Below are positions 8,876 to 16,900 of a stretch of 64,000 nt of DNA, one piece after another (position 1 is the first letter of the stretch; each line of letters opens with the position of its first letter). Below the pieces are notes generated by a model. The model was given only the letters and a program-made list of their open reading frames with translations. It was not told where the DNA came from and did no database searches. Both the position numbers and the translations under genes were made by a program. Origin of the DNA: Verrucomicrobiota bacterium (GTDB taxonomy: Bacteria > Verrucomicrobiota > Verrucomicrobiia > Limisphaerales > SIBH01); NCBI GenBank assembly GCA_038205745.1, contig JBBRBM010000002.1:2761-66760 (forward strand), written 5' to 3'.

Positions 8876-11800
8876 TCACGGGACAAGCAGCACGCGATAA
8901 AACCGATGCGGCACAGCCTTCTCGGAATTCCAGCCGCACACAGCGCCCGTGCCATGCACCGGCGTCGGGTCAGTCACCCATTGCCGCAAGTCATCCGAGC
9001 ATTGGAGGTAATACCAGTGTCCGCTCGTGGACTCGAACGTGACGCCGAACTGATCACCAGCGACGGGAAGTATCTTCGGCGCAATGGGCGTCGGCTTGGT
9101 GTAGGGCAGCGGCACCGCCACGATATTCGGGTTCGGCACCGAACGCTTATTCGGCACGTAGTATTGGATCAGCACCTCGACAGTGCCGCCCGCCGTCACC
9201 GGGGTCGCTTTGTCGACATACGGCACGCCGTGACTATTGGTCCCAGCCGCATTCCAAACACTGTTCGTCGTATCGATGTCGATGAATACCCGCACGCCGT
9301 TTGGCCACGTCTCCGCAGACAGGTTCGAGACGGTGAGGTATTGCTCGAACAAACCGTTCTGCCGATTCAGCACCACCGGACCGGGCGCGAAGAACATGTT
9401 CGTGGTGACGAAGATCGTGACGACAGACGACGTCGTGCTCTGTCCGCAGAAGTCCGTCGCCACCGCGCGCAGGCCGTTGCTGCCAAGCGGCACATTTGCC
9501 CAGATGAAAAAGTAGGGCGCGTTGCTCACCGTGGTGAGCAGGTTTGAATTCCCATAAAACTGCACGCTGGCCACGCCGCCCGCGTCGAACGCCGTCGCGA
9601 CAATCGAGATCGTCGCCGGGACGATGAACACCTGATTGTTCGTCGGGGAAACGATGCTCACCACCGGTGACGTCGTGTCCGTGACCGTAACGACCTGATG
9701 ACACGTGTTGCTGTTGCCGCAAGTGTCCGTTGCGCTCCAAACACGCGTCGCGACGTACGAACCGCCGCACAGGTAATTCGTCGTCGTGCTCAACACTGCA
9801 ACCGTGAAACTGCTGAGATCGCTCACCGTTGGCGGATCAAATGTCCAACTCACTCCCGCCTCGACGGATTTGTTCGATGAACACGCTATCGTCGGCGCCG
9901 TGCGGTCGAGCACCGTCACCACCTGGCTGCACTGATTGCTGTTCTCGCAAGCATCCGTCGCACGCCATGTGCGGATCGCGACGTAGCCGTTGCCGCACGT
10001 GCCGGCGTTCGTCACCGTGCTGAGAATCGAAACAGTGGCGCCGCTCAAGTCGGTCGCGGTCGGGGGATCAAACGTCCACGCCGCACCGAGTTCCACCACC
10101 TTGTTCGGCGCAGCCGTGAGCGTTGGCCGAGTGGTGTCCACGATGATCACGAGCTGGCTGCACTCGGCAGTGTTGCCGCATTGATCGGTCGCGCGCCAGG
10201 TGCGCGTCGCATTGAAGGTGTTTCCGCACAACGGATTCGTGACGGTGTTCACGACGATGAAGTTCGTGCCGCAACCACCAATCACTGTCGGCGCATCAAA
10301 ATTCCATGACAGCCCGAGCTCGATCGTCTTCGTGTTCGCACAGAGCAGCGCGATCGGCGGCGATGTCACCGTCACGCTTACGACCGGCGACGTGCTGCTG
10401 AGTCCGCCATCATCCGTCGCCGTCGCGGTGAACGAATAAATGCCGGGCAACAAGTTGCTCAACGCAATCGTGTAAGGCGAATTCGTGAACGACCGCAGCA
10501 GGTTGGTGCCGTGGAACAGATTTACATTCGTCACGATGCCGTCGAGGTCCGACGCCGTCGCTGACACGTTGAAGTTCGCCAAAGCGACGAAGAACGTTCC
10601 GTTCGTCGGGCTCACGATGCGGACTTCCGGAGCGTCGTTCACGGGCGTGACGCTGATCGTTACGATGGCGACGCCGCTCGTGCCTTTGCCGTCGGTGGCG
10701 CGATACGTGAAGTGGTCGGTGCCGAAAAAATTCGTCTTCGGCAAGTAGGTGAAGCCGCCGTTCGTGTTCAGTTGCAGTACACCGTTCGTCGTGGTGCTTA
10801 CGAGAATGGCGCGCAAGGAAGCGATGTCGTCATCCACGTCGAAATCATTGGTCAACACGCCACTCGCCGCAGGAACCAAGAGCAGGTTGTCTTCGGCGAT
10901 GGTGTAGTTGTCTGCAACGGCAATCGGCGCATCATTCACCGGCTTCACCGTGATCGTCACCGTGGCCGGCGCCGAAGTCAGGAGGGTGTCGCTCGCGCGA
11001 TAAGTGAAAATGTCGGTGCCATTGAAGTTCGGATTCGGCGCGTAGACGAACGAGCCGTTGGGATTCAGCACCACTGCGCCGTGTGCCGGCGGTGTCACAA
11101 GCAGGGTCGTGAGAGTGTCACGGTCGAGATCGGCGTCATTGCCAAGCACACCCGGCGCATTGATCACGAGCGTCGTGTCTTCGTTGACGGTGTAGCTATC
11201 CGGCGCGGCGACCGGCGCACGATTCAGAATCGTCAGGACGGCGCAATTCGTGATCGGCGCACCGCACGTGCCGCTGATCACAACACAGTAAGGGCCGGCT
11301 TGGTTGGTTGTGAAGTTATTGAGCGAGAGAGTGCTGCCAGTGCCGACCAGTGCGCCCTTGAAAAACCATTGGTAGCTGATCCCCGTCCCTATCGCGTTGA
11401 TGCTGAAGGTCGCATTGCTGCCGACGAAACTGGTCTGGTTCGCTGGCGGCGTGTTGACAACCAGGCTCTGGTTCACCGTCAGCGTCGCGCTGTTGGTGAG
11501 CGTCTGACAACTGCTACCGATGATGAGCGAGTAGATGCCGGCGTTGCTCACTGTCACATTCGGGAAGGTGAGGTTGCGATTGGTCTGGCCGACGAGATTC
11601 ACGCCGTCTTTGCGCCATTGGTAGGTGAACGCGGCGCAGTTCGAAGCGGTCACGCTCCACGCCACTGTTGAGCCGGAGCAGGCGGTTTGGTTAGTCAAAC
11701 CGAAGACATAGATGTTCGTCGGCGGACGGCAGATGATCGACGAAATTGCGTTGAACAGCGCCGTGAGTTGCGCCGAGTTGGTGGTGTAAAAATAATCGTT

Positions 11801-13135
11801 CGTGCTCGAAGCAATCGCCGCCATGAGCGCGTGGTCAACGTCGCCGAGGCCCACGGTGAAGACACGCGTGCCGGCGTTCTTGGCAATCGTCGCCTGATAA
11901 ATCGCGTTGCTGCCCGTGTCGCCGGCAGTCGGCAAACCGTCGGACATCACTACGAGCACTGGGAGTGCGTTGGAGTTGTGGCGCGTGGTCGCGAGCTCGG
12001 CCTGGCCAACGGCGATGCCGCAACTGATGCAGGTGTAACCATTGGCGCCGGGCAGCAGGTTGATCGCGTCGTAGAGCGAGCTGGCCGAGTTGGTCAACAC
12101 GCGGTCCAACGTGGCGGAAGAGTTATACGACACGAGCGCGGCGCGATCGTTGGTCACGCCGAACTTCAGGTTCTTTACGAAATTGCTGCCCGCCGTCTTC
12201 GCGTCCGCGAATGGCTGGCCCTGCATGGAGCCGGAACGATCGATCACCAGCGCCACGTCCACAGCCGGAAAGCAGTAGTCGACCATCAGGGTGGCGCTCT
12301 GCGTCACACTGTTGCATGGGCCGCTCACGACGACGGTGTAAGTTCCAGCGTTCGTCACGCTAAGATTGGTGAGCACGAGCACGCTGCTCGTTTGGCCGAT
12401 GATGTTCGTGCCGCCCTTCTTCCATTGATACGTTATGGGACCGCTGCCCGAGGCAGTGGTGCTGAAGATCACCACGCCGCCGACAGAACGCATCACGCTC
12501 GTCAGGGCCGTCGCAGTGACAGGCGTGTTCATCGTGAGCGTCGCGCTGCTCGTAATCGGGCTGCCAGTTGCGCCACTGACGACGACCGAATAGGTGCCCG
12601 CCGACGCTGCACTCAAATTTGCCAGCACCAACGTGTTGTTTGTCTGGCCCACAAGAGCATTGGTTCCAAAGCGCCATTGATAGCGCAGGGCCGTTCCCGT
12701 CGCCGTGACGCTGAACGTCGCTGTTGCGCCGGAACACACCGTCGTGTTCGTGGGAGCTTTCGTGATGCTGACCGCCAACGGGTTCACCATGATCGTGGCC
12801 GTGGCCACGCCAGAAGTCAGTCCGCCATCACTCGCCTTGTAGGTGAAACGGTCTGTGCCGAAGAAGTTGCTGTTCGGGCGGTAGGTGAACGCGCCATTGG
12901 TGCTGAGCGCGAGCACGCCATTGGTCGTCGTCGACACCAGCACGGCACGCAGGACGTTGCCGTCCGCATCGGTGTCATTCGCCAGCACACCCGGCGCGGC
13001 GTTGGAGAGCACCGTGTTGATTGTGACGGAGTAAGCGTCGTTGTTGGCGACTGGCGCCCATCCAAACGACATCCCGGCGAACGCGAACCACGCGATCACC
13101 AGTAACGTGCGGACCCTGATTTCTTTCATGTCCAT
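8876..13135 (-). CDS. Giant secreted adhesin-like protein (cadherin-like/VCBS repeats, Ig I-set-like domains, vWA domain, HYR-like Cys-containing repeats, C-terminal W...FYRV module)
   Basis: 1419 aa with a signal peptide. Cadherin-like/VCBS repeats: PVANNDAYSV...GVLANDTDADGN...FTY.PN.NFFGTDRFTY. Ig-like repeats: C.G..A.F.V.A.G....YQW. vWA MIDAS-like motif: VALVIDRSGSM. Repeated HYR-like units: ATR.WRATD.CGN...C.Q.V.V.D...P. Confidence 0.85.
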   Translation of the reverse strand: MDMKEIRVRTLLVIAWFAFAGMSFGWAPVANNDAYSVTINTVLSNAAPGVLANDTDADGNVLRAVLVSTTTNGVLALSTNGAFTYRPNSNFFGTDRFTYKASDGGLTSGVATATIMVNPLAVSITKAPTNTTVCSGATATFSVTATGTALRYQWRFGTNALVGQTNNTLVLANLSAASAGTYSVVVSGATGSPITSSATLTMNTPVTATALTSVMRSVGGVVIFSTTASGSGPITYQWKKGGTNIIGQTSSVLVLTNLSVTNAGTYTVVVSGPCNSVTQSATLMVDYCFPAVDVALVIDRSGSMQGQPFADAKTAGSNFVKNLKFGVTNDRAALVSYNSSATLDRVLTNSASSLYDAINLLPGANGYTCISCGIAVGQAELATTRHNSNALPVLVVMSDGLPTAGDTGSNAIYQATIAKNAGTRVFTVGLGDVDHALMAAIASSTNDYFYTTNSAQLTALFNAISSIICRPPTNIYVFGLTNQTACSGSTVAWSVTASNCAAFTYQWRKDGVNLVGQTNRNLTFPNVTVSNAGIYSLIIGSSCQTLTNSATLTVNQSLVVNTPPANQTSFVGSNATFSINAIGTGISYQWFFKGALVGTGSTLSLNNFTTNQAGPYCVVISGTCGAPITNCAVLTILNRAPVAAPDSYTVNEDTTLVINAPGVLGNDADLDRDTLTTLLVTPPAHGAVVLNPNGSFVYAPNPNFNGTDIFTYRASDTLLTSAPATVTITVKPVNDAPIAVADNYTIAEDNLLLVPAASGVLTNDFDVDDDIASLRAILVSTTTNGVLQLNTNGGFTYLPKTNFFGTDHFTYRATDGKGTSGVAIVTISVTPVNDAPEVRIVSPTNGTFFVALANFNVSATASDLDGIVTNVNLFHGTNLLRSFTNSPYTIALSNLLPGIYSFTATATDDGGLSSTSPVVSVTVTSPPIALLCANTKTIELGLSWNFDAPTVIGGCGTNFIVVNTVTNPLCGNTFNATRTWRATDQCGNTAECSQLVIIVDTTRPTLTAAPNKVVELGAAWTFDPPTATDLSGATVSILSTVTNAGTCGNGYVAIRTWRATDACENSNQCSQVVTVLDRTAPTIACSSNKSVEAGVSWTFDPPTVSDLSSFTVAVLSTTTNYLCGGSYVATRVWSATDTCGNSNTCHQVVTVTDTTSPVVSIVSPTNNQVFIVPATISIVATAFDAGGVASVQFYGNSNLLTTVSNAPYFFIWANVPLGSNGLRAVATDFCGQSTTSSVVTIFVTTNMFFAPGPVVLNRQNGLFEQYLTVSNLSAETWPNGVRVFIDIDTTNSVWNAAGTNSHGVPYVDKATPVTAGGTVEVLIQYYVPNKRSVPNPNIVAVPLPYTKPTPIAPKILPVAGDQFGVTFESTSGHWYYLQCSDDLRQWVTDPTPVHGTGAVCGWNSEKAVPHRFYRVLLVP

Positions 13136-13174
13136 AGCGAAGACTTCTGTGGCGTAAATGAAGCCAGATCGGCA

Positions 13175-13261
13175 TGGGTAGATGCAATCAAAGCGCTGTG
13201 AGAGCTTCTACGCGACGTTCGTTGGGTAGAATTACGAAGGCACAACAGAACTTCTACGCGA
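13175..13261. promoter_or_regulatory. Imperfect tandem direct repeat (about 40 bp x2) upstream of the giant adhesin gene
   Basis: Unit 1 is 13175-13215 and unit 2 is 13223-13261. Both start with TGGGTAGA and end with CTTCTACGCGA. They lie 40-126 bp upstream of the adhesin start at 13135. Function unknown. Confidence 0.3.
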
Positions 13262-13282
13262 AGCAGGCCGCGCTTTGCCGTA

Positions 13283-13888
13283 TCAAGGAAACATCAGCAC
13301 GCGGTAGAACCGGCAACGGTTTGCGCCAGCAGCATTCACCACCGCCGGCGCGCCGCTTCCAGTGATCAGGCCCGGCAACGTGCGCCACTGCGCCAGATCT
13401 TCGGACCATTCGATCAGGTAGAGCTGCCCACGCACCGTGTTGAAGCGGAATGGTGCGCCCGCGCTGGAACCCGACGCGATCAAGGTCGGCGCGGGTGGGA
13501 CCGGCTTCACAAACGGCAGCGGTTCGGCGGAGAGCTGCACGACCGGCACGGCACGGACGTTCGGCACATAGTATTGCACCAGAACGTCAATGAAACTCCC
13601 CGATGCGGCCGGCGTATGAACGTCGATATAAGAGACGCCGAGCTTGTTCGTGCCCGTGGCATTCCAGACCCGGTTCGTTGTGTCGTTGCCAAGCGAGACA
13701 AAAAGCCGCACGCCAGCCAGGAAATCCTGCGGTGTCGGATTGCTGATCCGCACGTGCTGCTCGTTGTCCTCGGCTGTGGCTGCCTCTTCGAACGCAACGA
13801 GCACAAGCATTCCAGTGTCAATGCCCGCCTTAACGACCCCATCAATCGTGACGCTCGCTGAAATGACACGCTGGATGACGGCTCGCAT
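13283..13888 (-). pseudogene. dtd: Chimeric ORF: 5' fragment of D-aminoacyl-tRNA deacylase (dtd) fused to a paralogous adhesin C-terminal fragment
   Basis: The first ~45 aa (MRAVIQRVISASVTIDGVVKAGIDTGMLVLVAFEEA) match the Dtd N-terminus. The rest (GVRLFV..TTNRVWNATGTN..VLVQYYVPN..LYLIEWSEDLAQW..RFYRVLMFP) aligns to the last ~150 aa of the adjacent 1419-aa protein. Confidence 0.6.
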
Positions 13889-13959
13889 GGTTATTCCAAA
13901 CGAAGGTTTTTCTCGCCGTCGTTCACGCACCGGGCGAAGGGCGGAGGCGATGTGATCGT

Positions 13960-16900
13960 GTGTTGCATCCCGGATTGTTGGCGCTCAGTGAAATTGATTT
14001 TCAATTTCTGATTTCACGCGCCGCTCCTTACCCTCGCGACGTGGTTGCCCGTGTCACACTCGAGATCGCGCTTCGCAAGGAGTTCGATTACGCCATCCCG
14101 CCTGAACTGGCGGGCATGGTAGAAGTGGGCACCCGCGTGAAAGTTCCCTTCGGCCCGCGCCAGGTAAACGGCTGCGTCACGGCGCTGATCGAGCAAAGCA
14201 CACACACGAACCTGCGCCCGATCACGAAGATCATCAGCGCGACGAGCCTCGTGACCGCAAAGGTGCTCAAGCTGGCGCGCTGGATCGGCGAGTATTACTG
14301 CTGCGCGCCGGAGATCGCGCTCAAGAGCGTGTTGCCGGAAAGCGTGCGGAAGGAAGACGCGAGCTGGCGCGAGCGATTGTTCGCGCGCATCACACCGCGC
14401 AATGCAAGTGACGTCCCGAAGCTCACCACGCGCCAGCAGGATATTTTCAACATCATCGAGGAATGGCGCGAGTTGCCGCTGCGCCGCTTGCTTGACCTCT
14501 CCGGTGCGACGACGGAAACGATCCGCAAGCTCGAAGACAAGGGCCTGATCGTGATCGCACCGCAGATTGACGAGCGTGATCCCTACGCCCACGAACACAT
14601 TCTCCCCACCGAGCCGTTGAAGGTGAATGCGGAACAAGCCGTGGCGCTGGCGCGCATCACCGCGGCGCTCGATCAACGTGCCCCCGGCATCTTGCCGGGT
14701 CCGCACTTCGGCATTGGAACCAGTTGCTCGTTATCGAACAGCGCCCGGACCCGGCAGGATGCCGGGGGCACGTCAGGGATCTTCTTCAACAAAGATACGC
14801 CAGTGAGCAAATACTCCGGCTGGCTCCCGCATTGGCGGCAGTCAGGCAAGGTTTACTTCGTGACGTTTCGCCTCGCTGATTCCGCAGCGCAATCCGATCT
14901 GGCGAAATGGGAAGAAGAGAAGCGCATCTGGAAATCATTTCATCCCGAGCCGTGGAACGATGCTGACTGGGCTGAGTACCACGAGCGGTTCACCGAGAAA
15001 ATCGAGGCGCTCCTCGACGCCGGTCATGGTTCGTGCGTTCTCGCAGATCCGCGCGCTGCGAGTGTGGTTGAACGTGCGCTGCGCTTCTTCGACGGGGAGC
15101 GCTACTGGCTCGGCAGTTACGTCGTCATGCCGAATCACGTGCATGTGTTGGTGCAACCGGCGCCGAATCACACGCTCACCTCGATCCTTCATTCCTGGAA
15201 ATCGTTCACCGCCAAGGAAATCAATGCCTTGCTGGGAACCGATGGCAGTGTTTGGCGGAACGAATATTTCGATCATATCGTCCGAAGCGAATCGCAGCTT
15301 CGGAAGTTCATCACCTACATCTCGGAAAATCCCGGCAAGGCAAAGCTGACGCAGGGTTTTCGACTGGGTGCTGGGGCTTTCGAGAGTGCCCCCGGCATCT
15401 TGCCGGGTCGGGACGTGAGTGACGCAACGAGCGGCTCGCTATCAGCCAGCGCTCCGGCCCGGCAAGATGCCGGGGGCACTTTTCTCCTCCACGGCGTCAC
15501 CGGCTCCGGCAAAACGGAAGTGTATCTCCAGGCCATCGCGCACACGCTGCAGCAGGGAAAAGGCGCGATCGTGCTCGTGCCGGAAATCTCGCTGACGCCA
15601 CAGACGGTGGAGCGATTTAAGGCGCGATTCAGTTCCGGGCCGCTGCGCACGCTCGTGGCTGTGTTGCACTCGCACCTCTCTGCGGGCGAGCGTCATGATG
15701 AATGGCACAAGATTCGCCAAGGCCGCGCCCGCATCGCCATCGGCGCCCGCTCGGCGATCTTCGCGCCGGTGGATCCGCTCGGGCTCATCATCGTGGATGA
15801 AGAACACGAGCATTCTTACAAGCAGGAGGAATCGCCGCGGTATCACGCGCGCGATGTGGCGGTGGTGCGCGGACAATTTGAAAACGCCGTCGTCGTGCTC
15901 GGCAGCGCCACGCCTTCGATGGAAAGTTTTTACAACGCCAAGCGCGGTAAATACGAACTCCTCGAGCTCACCATCCGCGTGGACAACCAGAAGATGCCTG
16001 TCGTGCGCGTCGTGGACATGCGCAGCGAAGCGCGCAAGCAAAAGGGCACGCCGATCTTTTCACTTCAACTGAAGGAAGCGATCACGCAACGGCTCGAACG
16101 GCGCGAGCAGACGATTCTGTTTTTGAACCGGCGCGGCTTCTCCACCTCGTTGCAGTGTCCCAAGTGCGGTTACGTCGCCAACTGTCCGAACTGTTCGGTG
16201 TCGCTCACGTTCCATCGGCGCGCGGCGAAGTTGCTGTGTCACATCTGCGGACACTCAACGACTGCGCCGAGTGTTTGTCCGGAGAAAAGTTGTCGCAACC
16301 CGGAGATTCGTTACTCCGGCATCGGCACGGAGAAGGTCGAGGACACGCTGGCGAAATTGTTTCCGCACGCGCGCACAACCCGGATGGACTCGGACACGCT
16401 GAAGCGAAAGGAGGATTACCGCCGCATCCTCGGCGATTTTCGCGCGGGCAAGATCGACATCCTCGTCGGCACGCAAATGATCGCAAAGGGCCTGCACTTC
16501 CCGAACGTGACACTGGTCGGGATCATTTACGCCGACCTGTCGCTCCACATGCCGGACTTCCGCGCGGGTGAACGGACGTTTCAATTGCTCACGCAAGTCG
16601 CGGGGCGCGCCGGGCGCGGCGATGTCGAAGGTGAAGTTTTCGTTCAGGCCTTCACGCCGTTTCATCCCGCAATCCAATACGCGCGCCGCCACGACTTCGT
16701 GGGCTTCTACGATCAGGAGATCGAGTTTCGCGAACAACTGAAGTATCCGCCGCTCGCGCGAATCGCGTTGCTGACGTTGCGCGGGCGCAACGAAGACAAA
16801 GTGCGGCTGAGCGCGGATCACCTGCGCGCGGAGTTCGAGAAATCCATCGCCTCATCTCCAAGTCCCCTCGTCCCCAAGCCATCGAGCAGTGGACAGGGAG

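Larger units (their letters stand above)
14677..15480 (+). mobile_element. REP doublet - RAYT - REP doublet cassette embedded in frame in priA (804 bp)
   Basis: REP doublets at 14678-14771 and 15386-15479 flank a Y1/HUH transposase-like module. The inserted length is a multiple of 3, with no in-frame stop. Confidence 0.8.

Noticed and set aside
11687-13105. 472-aa plus-strand ORF, and others at 10712-11671 and 8714-9547, opposite the giant adhesin
   Set aside because: These are antisense shadows of a repeat-rich, well-supported 1419-aa gene. Their products are Arg/His/Asp-rich low-complexity sequences.
14677-15480. The priA insert considered as an intein
   Set aside because: There are no intein splice-junction signatures: the insert starts RAPG and ends GGT followed by F, with no N-terminal Cys/Ser, no C-terminal His-Asn and no +1 Cys/Ser/Thr. 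The insert is bounded by REP doublets and encodes HUH/Tyr transposase motifs rather than Hint/LAGLIDADG motifs.
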